DNA from: a virus
Lineage: Duplodnaviria > Caudoviricetes
IMG/VR virus record: IMGVR_UViG_3300031786_000572
Span: 1-64,000 of that record
Reading direction: 5' to 3' (one strand)
Length of the DNA: 64,000 nt
This document shows positions 47,607 to 58,100 of the stretch, piece by piece (position 1 is the first letter of the stretch; each line of letters opens with the position of its first letter). The notes under the pieces are model-generated. The model was not told the DNA's origin and searched no databases. It worked only from the letters and a program-made list of their open reading frames with translations. Position numbers and translations under genes: made by a program.

Positions 47607-48449
47607 ATGCCAGAATTAGCGGAAGTTAAAATCATGGGTGATTTCATTAATCACGTTGTTGATAATGAAGGATTCTTTGAAAAGATTGAGAAATCAGAGT
47701 CTACTAAAGTAAAAACAGATCTTGATATCTTTGACGGCGGAGTATTTACATTACGAGCAAAAACTCGTGGCAAAGAAATGATACTTCATCTTGAAATGGT
47801 GGGTGGCGATATTAATGGAGCCGTCACTAAAGATATGGGAGTTACTTTAGGTATGAGTGGCAACTGGGCATACATAAGAAAAGAAAGTGAGCATTTAGAA
47901 AAAGTGCTTAAGCATTCTCATTTAAGATTTATCACAACAAGAGGAAACTATTTAGTATTACATGATGTTAGACGTTTTGCTAAATGGAAATGGGTAAATG
48001 ATTGGAACGCTGGTCGTGGTCCTTGTCCGCTGACAGAATATCCTAAGTTTATTGAAAATGTAAAACTATATTTTAGTAAACACAAAGCATTTAACTTACC
48101 TATTAATGAATTGCTGATGAACCAACGATTCTTTAATGGAATAGGAAATTACCTAAGAGCTGAAATACTCTATAGACTAAACATTAATCCTTTTACTATC
48201 GCAAATGAGATTAGTCTTAAAGATTGGGACCATCTGCTTCTTCTTTGTCATTTATGCGTTAGAGACGCATATACTTTGGGCGGCGGGCAATTAAGTGATT
48301 GGAAAAATCCTAATGGAGTTGATGCTAAAGACTTTAAAGAATGGAAGAAATGCTATGGAGTTTTATCGTCTTTAACCGATGGTACAGGCAGAAGATTTTG
48401 GTATGATCCAAAATGGGAAGAATATGTACCTAGTAAGTACACTCAATAA
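47607..48449 (+). CDS. Fpg/Nei-family DNA glycosylase/AP lyase, NEIL1-like
   Basis: N-terminal PE, RGKE, GMSG, DVRRF, H2TH LLMNQRFFNGIGNYLRAEILYRL; no zinc-finger cysteine pairs. Confidence 0.92.
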   Translation: MPELAEVKIMGDFINHVVDNEGFFEKIEKSESTKVKTDLDIFDGGVFTLRAKTRGKEMILHLEMVGGDINGAVTKDMGVTLGMSGNWAYIRKESEHLEKVLKHSHLRFITTRGNYLVLHDVRRFAKWKWVNDWNAGRGPCPLTEYPKFIENVKLYFSKHKAFNLPINELLMNQRFFNGIGNYLRAEILYRLNINPFTIANEISLKDWDHLLLLCHLCVRDAYTLGGGQLSDWKNPNGVDAKDFKEWKKCYGVLSSLTDGTGRRFWYDPKWEEYVPSKYTQ

Positions 48450-48457
48450 AAGACTAT

Positions 48458-48465
48458 GATATATA
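48458..48465 (+). promoter_or_regulatory. Putative late promoter (GATATATA)
   Basis: Intergenic, where structural genes resume. Confidence 0.5.
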
Positions 48466-48494
48466 AATTAAAGGTAGAAAAAATATATCATTAA

Positions 48495-49355
48495 ATGGCA
48501 ACAATTACAATCACAGAAATTCTCGGTACAGATAATATCGCAGGATCACGCCCAACAATCAATGACAACTTCAAAAAGGTAGCAGCTGCAATCAATACGT
48601 TAGAAACGTATCTTGATACATCGTTTGTGCCCGGAGCTGCTTTAAATGTTGGAAGCGCTTTAGTTAAAAAATACACTCGTCCAATTACCGACCAAATCTT
48701 TACATGTGAAGCAACAGGTCTTTTTGGAGGAAACCTTAATGTAGGACAAGATCTTGGTATAACAAGAGATTTTACAGTAGGAAGAAATCAAACTGTTCAT
48801 GGAAATCTAACTCTAGATGGAACTGTAGGTATTAACAGTATCTTTACTTCAACTATTCCAGTTTCTGTTGATGCTTCTTTAATTAATCAACAGTTTTATA
48901 ATGGTTTAGGTGGCGGTGTAAACGGTCTTAATATTGATACACAAGCATTAACAGCTCCTACAACAACTTCAGTAACAAGAAACATCACAACTACAACATC
49001 TTTCCCAAAAGTAAGTGTTATACGTTTAAGTTGGTTAAACTTTACAAATACGGGTACTAATAACTGTACTGCTGTTCAATTACCTGCTGTATCTGATGCA
49101 AATGTTAAAAAAGGTCAAATTATAACTCTTCTTGTGGATGCAGTTCCAGTAGCTTCAACTGCAGCTATTGATTTTGAACTTAGTACAACTAATCTTGATT
49201 CTTCATATGCTAGTGTTAAGTTCAATGATTCAGGTGCTGTTGTTCCAGTTTTAAATAATGATACTAGAATTAGACAAGCGGCAATTACATTATATGCTGA
49301 TAGCACAGGTTGGAGAATCCTTAACTCTGTAGGAGTTACTGTAGTAATTTCATAA
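48495..49355 (+). CDS. Putative tail fibre/baseplate-attached protein
   Basis: N-terminal ITEILGTDNIAGSRPTINDNF anchor motif; beta-rich T/S/G composition. Confidence 0.55.
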   Translation: MATITITEILGTDNIAGSRPTINDNFKKVAAAINTLETYLDTSFVPGAALNVGSALVKKYTRPITDQIFTCEATGLFGGNLNVGQDLGITRDFTVGRNQTVHGNLTLDGTVGINSIFTSTIPVSVDASLINQQFYNGLGGGVNGLNIDTQALTAPTTTSVTRNITTTTSFPKVSVIRLSWLNFTNTGTNNCTAVQLPAVSDANVKKGQIITLLVDAVPVASTAAIDFELSTTNLDSSYASVKFNDSGAVVPVLNNDTRIRQAAITLYADSTGWRILNSVGVTVVIS

Positions 49356-49371
49356 AAATACATTCAGATAA

Positions 49372-51522
49372 ATGGTTGCACCATTAATAAAACCTATCCG
49401 TGTGCAAGGTGGAACGTTCTATACGTTTTCATCAGCGTCTGAGGATCTTGGATTATCTTTTAATGATTCACAAACAAAATTTCGTTTTTCGAAGTTTGCA
49501 TTATTAAACATTCCAGATATTGGAAGTCCAGCAGTAGGTGAAAACCTAATGAACTTTTCAAATTCACCAGGCGGGTTTGCAGAAATAGACGGATCTAAAA
49601 CACTCAATGATTACTTAGCAGAATCGTTCCAAAACTATTGTCTTAATCTTGAGACAATGATTTCTTCTTCTACCAATTATGATTCGAATCTGAACACAAC
49701 TGTAAGTGAGCGTGTTTTCTTTAAGTGGTTAAAAGAAACGGGCGCCATCCGTTTCCGTGAAGCTGCTATAGGTTCAGAACAATCTGCAACTCTTTATGGA
49801 ACACACTTTGTTGAGGAAGATGAATCTTTAACATATTCTAAAGTTATTAAGTACATTGGTGACATTAACATATTAAACACAGTCAGAAATAATGCAAATG
49901 CTTTTTCTGAAGTTTATGTGTATGTACCAACATCACAAGGTAATACTCCAGTAGTCTTGTTTAAAACTCTTGATGATGCTAATTACGGCGTTTCATCAGT
50001 TTTTACAAATACGCCAGCTGATCCATTAAATAATGAATACATATACGGAAGAACAGGCGCAACTATTCAACCAGCAGGTTTAAGTATACAAGCATTCTTT
50101 GATGCTGATTCTAATAATTTTTCTACACTTGACCCATTTGGTGCTCCTGCGGATTTCTTCTATTTTAATCCTACAATTAACGGATGGATTCAAGAAGGTA
50201 ATCCTGGGTTTCAATGGTGGTATTCTAATCCTATTGCAAATTCATTCTTTACTGAGCCAGGTTCATTTTTAGATGCAACTAATGATAGATTTAAAATTGA
50301 CAGTGTAAACAAAACTGTTGAATTTACACGTTCTCGCCTTGACGGTATCACAATGGAATTTAATCCAAGTGTGTATGCTGGTATTAGTGTAGGTGGTGCC
50401 TCTGATTTTGGTACTTATAATGAAACTGCAGCAGCACAAACATTTGACTTCAATGCAATACTTGTTTATTATGATCTGTATGATCCAGCAAGTGGAGCGG
50501 TATCAGCAACAAACTTATTTGGTATCTTATTCTTAGATAATGTTGACCCTCTTGCTTCAGGAGGCGGTTACATTCCTAGATTAACAAAGTATAAGCCAAA
50601 CTCATTTACTGGTGATAATGGTAACTCTTATGCTTTCCGTATTAATATCAAGTTTGATGTTAACTCACAAGATACTGCGGTAGAGACTTCTATTAATGAT
50701 TACAATCCGTATTCATTAGAACTTTACATGGACGCATTAAATAAAATGGTTGATGCTTACACTATCTTATTAGAAAATAATGCTTCATTACAAACATTAA
50801 CTGATGAAGTAAATTCACTTAAGAATCTAGTGTTTACCGCAACTGGTATTGATGAAGTAAATGCGCAATTAACAAATATACAAGCACAGATTACTGCCAA
50901 TGCAGCAATCTTTACAAATACAGATAATCTTTTAAATCTTATACAAAGAAATTACGAAGAAATCACAAACATATACAAAAACTATACTAGTGTGCAGATG
51001 TCATATAATATTGACTTGTTATCACCAGGTAGAGGTATTAGTTTGGATAAATCACAAGCAGGAAGTGTTAAGATAATTAACACAAACCAAATGTTTAACC
51101 TTGGAACTAAACCAATCATTTCTATTGCTAATGATTTTACAATTAATCCATCAAGTTTTTCTTATCAACATTCTTTACTTAACTTTACAAATTACATTAA
51201 GATAACTGACGGATCAACAAATGCTCCTTATAATGTAGATAGAGATGTAATCATATACATTGATGATGCTTTATTACCTTGGGAGGCTGGTCAGGTGACA
51301 AGATTCTCGTTTAAATACGGTTTAGATTTATCAAACACAAATGGTAACTTTAACTTTATTGTTTACACTGATTCATTAGACAGACTTAACACAGGATTCC
51401 CTTATTCAGCAGAAGCGGCATTTGTAACTTATCTTGATTTTGAAAATAAAGGAAACTCACCAATCATTGAGGTAATCTGTATAGACCCAGCTACATATCA
51501 ATTTTCGGTTGACATATTCTAA
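49372..51522 (+). CDS. Large putative virion structural protein
   Basis: 716-aa ORF, beta-rich with a central coiled coil; in the structural operon. Confidence 0.55.
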   Translation: MVAPLIKPIRVQGGTFYTFSSASEDLGLSFNDSQTKFRFSKFALLNIPDIGSPAVGENLMNFSNSPGGFAEIDGSKTLNDYLAESFQNYCLNLETMISSSTNYDSNLNTTVSERVFFKWLKETGAIRFREAAIGSEQSATLYGTHFVEEDESLTYSKVIKYIGDINILNTVRNNANAFSEVYVYVPTSQGNTPVVLFKTLDDANYGVSSVFTNTPADPLNNEYIYGRTGATIQPAGLSIQAFFDADSNNFSTLDPFGAPADFFYFNPTINGWIQEGNPGFQWWYSNPIANSFFTEPGSFLDATNDRFKIDSVNKTVEFTRSRLDGITMEFNPSVYAGISVGGASDFGTYNETAAAQTFDFNAILVYYDLYDPASGAVSATNLFGILFLDNVDPLASGGGYIPRLTKYKPNSFTGDNGNSYAFRINIKFDVNSQDTAVETSINDYNPYSLELYMDALNKMVDAYTILLENNASLQTLTDEVNSLKNLVFTATGIDEVNAQLTNIQAQITANAAIFTNTDNLLNLIQRNYEEITNIYKNYTSVQMSYNIDLLSPGRGISLDKSQAGSVKIINTNQMFNLGTKPIISIANDFTINPSSFSYQHSLLNFTNYIKITDGSTNAPYNVDRDVIIYIDDALLPWEAGQVTRFSFKYGLDLSNTNGNFNFIVYTDSLDRLNTGFPYSAEAAFVTYLDFENKGNSPIIEVICIDPATYQFSVDIF

Positions 51523-51538
51523 AAACTAAATAACACCA

Positions 51539-54500
51539 ATGGCAGAGACATCAAATAGTTTTGCAACCATACTTGCGGATTTTATCCGTCTTCAAAATAA
51601 TTCACTTGAGCAATTACAAAAAGTTTCTCAAGCGGTTACTACGAATGCAGATACAGTTACAGTTACACAAACAAACTCAGACGGAACTACAAGTACATTT
51701 ACTTTACCATCTTTTGGATTCTTAAAATCAAGTATTGAAAGAATAGACAAGACGGTAAGTACTATGCTTGGCTTTGATGGTTCAGAGGCTTACATTCGTA
51801 TGCCTGATGGAACTTTTAAAAAAATCTATCAGTCAAAGAATGTTACTGACCCATCACCAGTAGGACAAGTTACTGTTCCAGCTAAATTTATTGCTGAGAA
51901 CAATTACTTCTTTGAGTCTTTATTATCACCTGCTTTAAAAGTTAGCATTGATGTTTCCAAATATGTTCCACAAGAAGAAAGTAAGATTTACGTAAAACGT
52001 ATGATTCTTAGTCTTGACACTGACGATAAGATTCAATACTTTAATAATAGTCTCAAAGGTAAGAATGATATTAATTATGTTAACTTACTTGTAGAATTGC
52101 AAAAACGTAACATTACATATTTTGTTGATGAAGGTGTAAATGATCTTCCTCTTTCTATTGTAAGATACACTGGAGATTTCATAACAGTTAATATTGAAGA
52201 TAGAACATACAGTAATCCTGATGGAAGTACTTCAACTAAACGTTGGTACCTTCTTAATACTTTAAAATATAATGATAATCTTTCATTAACTAAAGATACT
52301 ATGGTTCTTAAGCCTGGTGACAAGTTATTAAAAGGTGAATCTATTTATGAAGTATCAGAAATTGATAACTCAACAAATTTCATTAGAATTAACCGCACTA
52401 GTGGTTATGATCCTTTAGTAGTAGGTGAACCTGTAATATTCTATTCTGAAACATTCTCACCTAAAGTTGCTAACGTTGGAATTGGATATGATGAATATGA
52501 AGTTGTGTTCTTTAAGAGTGTAAATGATACTGAAAACCTGTTATCATCTACATATTCACCGGGTGTTGCTTTTTACACAAATGAATTAACAATAGATTTA
52601 ACTACAGGACCTAAGTTACTTAGTGATTTTTATAATGAATCTGTTCTTGACTTTGGAAGTATGCTTCTTGCAGGTTCTAAAGAAAACAAAATTGCTGCAG
52701 TAAATGGTCTTGTACCTAATGCACCCGTTCTTAACGAAGTTAACTTTAAAGTAGTTTCGGTTAATGATCATAAACTTGACCAAGCTGAAATACAAGCTAT
52801 TCGTAAAAAGCAAGCAGATAAAGTTCGTCTTGAATCAGAGATAACCGAATTACAGAAATCTATTGACAAAAAGAAAGAAGAATTAAACACAACTAAATTT
52901 AACTCAGATACTGAAAGAAGAGCTGTGAAAAACCAGCTTGACTCTCTTATTCGAGAAAAAGATACAAAAACAGCTCTTTATGCTTCAATCGTTAAAGAAC
53001 TTGCTGTTACTGCACAACAAAAACCCGCTGCGCTTGATACACCTAAATATCGTATCCGTGGATTCTATGCTATCCCAGAACCTGTAAAGGATTCTAACGG
53101 TCAAGAACAAAATGTAATACAGTTCTATACATACTATAGATATGTTCGTCCAGATGGCTCTGCAAGTGACATAAAGCAATTTGATTATACAGATACAAGC
53201 GGTGCAATTAAAAGAGCTACTTATAGTAATCTTAATGAAGTAAAATCAGAGATTCGCAAAAAAGTATATGATCCTGTAAGAGGGATATATGTTTGGCTTG
53301 AAGAAGACATTACTAATCCTGATGTAGTAAATATTAACCAAGTTGATATTCCAATATCTAATGGTGAAAAAGTTGAGTTTTATGTGGTATCAGTTTCTGA
53401 AGCTGGTTGGCCAGAAAACCCAATTCTTTCAGTACCGTCTAATATCATTTCTATTACTTTTCCACAAGATCTTGTTTCTGAAGACGAAGCTACTATTGCA
53501 CTTCGTGAAGCATCACAAGATATTGTAAGAGTAGATCTTGAAAATGATTTAGCTGCTAAAGGACTTGATGTTCACCTTGCTTCTTCATTTAATGCAATAG
53601 AAAAATACTATGCGCATGATACTTCAGTAATCTCTTCAAATGTTTATACAGCTCAAGGAACTGTAATATCATTAGAAGATTACATTACTAGTCTTAACTT
53701 GAGAATACAAGATCTTGAGAATAGACTGAATAAAGTTGTGGGAGATGTTAAAGTTTACATTGTAGATGAAGAGAAAAATGCAAAACTCCCTGTTAAGAAC
53801 GGCGATGTAGTAACTCTATTTGCTGGCTACTATACAGATGCAGTTAATTTACTTCCTGCAACAAGTCGTCGTGGTGCAATTATTAATAAGTCTTATAAAA
53901 TTTATCTTGAAAATGAAGAAGCTTCACCGCTTCAACTTATTTCAAGATTACCTGGCGGTATTGCTGAAGAACTACCAGATAGTTTTTCTTCCTCGGTTCC
54001 TCCTGGAATTAATGACCCAGACTATAATCTTTATAGAAAATATGATATCACTCCTATTGTTAACCCATCGGTTAATCCAGCTGATACAAATAATGCTAAT
54101 AAGATTGCTACAGCTTTCTACCAAAGCGGGCAACTTAAAGGCCAATTCTTATACAGTAGATATACTGATGTAGGATTAGTTAATCCTCTTTACCAAGCGC
54201 CAGGTACAGGAACTAACAGATACATTGTTCCATCTACTGATTATTCATCAAATGTTACACAACCTTGGATTTGGAACAGATTATCAGTAGGTCCTGGCAC
54301 TGGACCTATTGGAGGTGGAACCGCAAACAATTTTACTATTCATATTGACCACCCTGCAATTAATCCTCCAGCTGCAGGAACTACTGCTACACTTGCAAAT
54401 TTACAAACTCCGGTAATTGCTATTGATCCTATTTCAGGTAATCCGCAATCACCAGAAAGAGTTAGTACTTTTAGACATGCATACGGGTTTAATCAACTTG

Positions 54501-55102
54501 GTGATAAAAATACGCCAGCAAAACAATTAGAATATAAGAAAAACTGGCCTTCTTCTACTGGACCAACTGGGCCTTACACAGGTTTAACTGCAACAACACC
54601 AACATTAGGTATTTTACCTGATAAGTATGGTTTTGTGAATGATGATAGATATTTAATAGGCGCTGATACTTGTGGTGCTTACTTGTTCTTAGGACCTGTA
54701 ACATACAATCAATTATTAGTTAACGGTGTAAATGCTTTAGCAAGTCGTTCATTAGAAAATGGTTCAAATAATGCAATAGTTATTCCAGTGATCTTTCAGT
54801 ATAGAATGACTGATTATTACGGACCTTCTATTACATCTTCTTCATCAGCAGGTGGTAATGGAATCATTGGCGGATATAATGTAACAAACACAGTTCCTCC
54901 TAAGAATATAACTTATGTTAGACAAATAGGATTAGACTTATATCAACAAGATAAACAAACATTCTCTTTCGATATTCAAGTTGCAGCTACATATCAGAAA
55001 GATTCATTAATCCAACTTTATGAAACAGGATTACCAACAGCAACCAAACAAGTTAAAGAGGTAACCTATGATAAAGCAACCATTAAACGTATATTCTCGT
55101 AA
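51539..55102 (+). CDS. Large putative virion structural protein with coiled coils
   Basis: 1187-aa ORF; heptad regions near QKSIDKKKEELN and ITSLNLRIQDLENRLN. Confidence 0.55.
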   Translation: MAETSNSFATILADFIRLQNNSLEQLQKVSQAVTTNADTVTVTQTNSDGTTSTFTLPSFGFLKSSIERIDKTVSTMLGFDGSEAYIRMPDGTFKKIYQSKNVTDPSPVGQVTVPAKFIAENNYFFESLLSPALKVSIDVSKYVPQEESKIYVKRMILSLDTDDKIQYFNNSLKGKNDINYVNLLVELQKRNITYFVDEGVNDLPLSIVRYTGDFITVNIEDRTYSNPDGSTSTKRWYLLNTLKYNDNLSLTKDTMVLKPGDKLLKGESIYEVSEIDNSTNFIRINRTSGYDPLVVGEPVIFYSETFSPKVANVGIGYDEYEVVFFKSVNDTENLLSSTYSPGVAFYTNELTIDLTTGPKLLSDFYNESVLDFGSMLLAGSKENKIAAVNGLVPNAPVLNEVNFKVVSVNDHKLDQAEIQAIRKKQADKVRLESEITELQKSIDKKKEELNTTKFNSDTERRAVKNQLDSLIREKDTKTALYASIVKELAVTAQQKPAALDTPKYRIRGFYAIPEPVKDSNGQEQNVIQFYTYYRYVRPDGSASDIKQFDYTDTSGAIKRATYSNLNEVKSEIRKKVYDPVRGIYVWLEEDITNPDVVNINQVDIPISNGEKVEFYVVSVSEAGWPENPILSVPSNIISITFPQDLVSEDEATIALREASQDIVRVDLENDLAAKGLDVHLASSFNAIEKYYAHDTSVISSNVYTAQGTVISLEDYITSLNLRIQDLENRLNKVVGDVKVYIVDEEKNAKLPVKNGDVVTLFAGYYTDAVNLLPATSRRGAIINKSYKIYLENEEASPLQLISRLPGGIAEELPDSFSSSVPPGINDPDYNLYRKYDITPIVNPSVNPADTNNANKIATAFYQSGQLKGQFLYSRYTDVGLVNPLYQAPGTGTNRYIVPSTDYSSNVTQPWIWNRLSVGPGTGPIGGGTANNFTIHIDHPAINPPAAGTTATLANLQTPVIAIDPISGNPQSPERVSTFRHAYGFNQLGDKNTPAKQLEYKKNWPSSTGPTGPYTGLTATTPTLGILPDKYGFVNDDRYLIGADTCGAYLFLGPVTYNQLLVNGVNALASRSLENGSNNAIVIPVIFQYRMTDYYGPSITSSSSAGGNGIIGGYNVTNTVPPKNITYVRQIGLDLYQQDKQTFSFDIQVAATYQKDSLIQLYETGLPTATKQVKEVTYDKATIKRIFS

Positions 55103-58100
55103 TGACAGGACCAAATTTTTATACGATTGATTTTTCTAGAGAAGTAGTTCTACAAGGAAAGTCAACAACATTCATAACGATAGGCAGAAATGAAGGTATT
55201 AACTTACTGCCAACTGAGGATTTGTATGTAATCGTTATGCCTAATACGAGAACGTTTAATTCTTATTTAAGTGGTACACAAACACCAGGCGGTACTGGGT
55301 TAACTGCTATTCAAGAAGTTGAAGTTACTACAACAACTACTAATGTAAGCCCAGGAGTTTTAAGTTTTAACAACATAGAACCCGGTATGACTGTTAAGAA
55401 TGCTTGGGATTTTCAAAACTCTGGAGCAACAGGACCAATTTCGGTAACAGTAGGTTCTACAGTAGATAGTCAGATAAATGAAAAAATCATTAGTTTGACA
55501 GGATCTCCTGGTTTTGTAACAAATGATGGACCTACCAATATTCATATAGGTGAATGGGATGATAGCGGTAAAAACCGATGGAAAATAAATGGTAAAGTTT
55601 TAAGTGATTACGAATACATTGCATATACATCTCCACCATCTAATCAAGATGTAATTAACTTGCCAAATATATTTGATGGTTCAAAAGAAACTTTTGTTGG
55701 ACCTTCTAGTACTTTAGTTGGTACTGGTTACGTTGGTCGTCAAAACGGTGGTTGGGTAGTAGTTAAAAGTAATCCCAAATTACCGAATGCTTCTGTTACA
55801 TTGAGAATTGATTACGATGGGACAGATCATTCACATATGAAGTTTAATCTTATAATCTTTAAAAAATTAATAAATAGCGGTTTACTTACATATCAAGCGC
55901 CGCTAAATTTACCAACAAGTGTATCACCTAATTCTGAAGATTATGTTACAGTTCCATTTGGTGTTAAGTCAGGATCTTCTACATTAGGATTAACAAATTA
56001 TCTTGACTATCAAGAAGTTCATTTCTTTGGTTATAAAGATACTGATACCAGAACTTCAAGAACAACCTATCAGAATGATTATCAATCAGAAACTAAAATC
56101 TATGATGATCGTACTTCATATTCATTATTAAAGACAAATCCTAAAATTTCGGGTAACGTTAAAATTACTTTAGATTCTACAGGAAACTTGTGGTTAAACT
56201 CTATTGATGCAAATAACGAATTAGCAGATTCTGCATATAAGAAATACCCTGTTAGCCCATTATCTACATACCCAAGAGACCTTTACAAGTTCTTTAAGAA
56301 TGGACAGACGCCAACCTCAATTATTTTTGATCTTTATCAAGTTGACAATCTTTATCAAAATACCAAAAGAAATTTATACGAACAGTTTGATAACTTTTAT
56401 AACTACGGAGTTGAGCAATTAAAAAGTAAATATTATGATGAAAACTTTTCATTCTTTGCACCACTTTGGTTAAGAAAGAATGTTCCAGATTTCTTTATAG
56501 TATTTCGTTTAGATCACCCGGTTTCTGAAGAGACATATAAAAATGCAAGTAATCCTGAAGTATTTAAAAGTTTCTTTAAAGACGCAAGAATAGTTAAAAC
56601 ATTTGACATGCGTGAGAAATCACAGCTTGGTACTTACTTGCGTAAAATTACCACGGATCCTCGTTTTAAAGAACGTCCACTTGACGTTAGTTTTGATAGT
56701 GACATTCCTACTGTTTGGAATGGTATTTCTTATGCAGATGGCACAATGACAGGTAAAGGTGAGTTCTTATTTGATTACTGGAAGCAAGATCGTCCTGTAA
56801 TTGAATTAGAAGAATACATCACAGGTGGTTACCAAAGAAACGGAATTATTAGTTCAAATCTTGTTAACTTAGAGTTCTTATTTGATGATGAAGAAGCTAC
56901 TCCATATTCTATTAATCGTTACTTTGGTTTATATGTAACTGAAAACCAATTAGCAAACTTTCAAATTGATTCTACTGCATTAGGAAAAATCTCAGGTCAA
57001 ACACCTCTTCCTAAAGTTGGAGTTGACGGTGAACCGTATAGTACAAAAGAATTCATTCAGAATAATCCAAATGGGATAGAAATTCCTGTAAGATATTTTC
57101 ATAATCCTAGCGGTGTTGTAAATAACACTAATATACCTTCATACCAAGGTGATGTGATTGGAAAGTTTCCACTGCCAAGTTTTGTGGAAGATCCTCTAAG
57201 AATCTTTTATGTTAAAGACAGAGAAGATGCGTTTAAACGTATCACAGCATTATCTGAAGTAGATTATGGAAACCCTGGCACCGACGATTACCGCAGAGTA
57301 ACTCAAATTAAACTATTTGATAATACTGAAGACATGAGCAAATATGCAGGTGTTAATCAAATATCATCACAGTTTAATGCAAGTCTTTTAAATGAAGGCG
57401 CTTCACAGTTAAGATTACATTTAGCGCAACATGATTCCGCAAATGTTTTTGCCGATGATGAAGTTATAGAACTTACAGTTAACCAATATAATGCAGATCC
57501 TCGTAATCGTCAGTATTGGATAAGAACAAAAAATACTACTGCCACTGATATAACATTTGAAGTATTTTTAGATCAACAAGCATACCCATTAACTAACCAA
57601 GCATACACAATGCCAGCGGTAGGAGCTACTACTGTAATTTCAGTTAATGACAACTTTCATACTTTTGTGGTTGGCGAACAAGTTTGGGTTTCTGGTCTTG
57701 GTTATTTTCAAATTAAGTCTATAGCAGCTACAACTAATTTAACTGTTATGAATACTGGAGAAGCTGGCAATGCAGCGCCAGGGACAATCATACCAATGTT
57801 TTATAATGCTGTTATAAGTAGAATTTCTCCTACATACATATCAACATATAATTATACCCCGTTTTCAGACATTTTAACAATAGATACTGTCTTATCATTA
57901 AAATTACAGAGTACTAATTTATTCGTGCATCAATTAGGGTTTTGGAGAGTTGAAATTAAAGATACGCAAGTATCTTCAACATATATTGCAGGCTCAGGAC
58001 AACCGGACCTTGAACCTTTAGCTTCTCCAATATCTCAGCAGTTTAAGTGGAGAATGACAGCAAGTCCTGTTGCTTTAGCTGCGGGGCAGTCTTGGAATTA

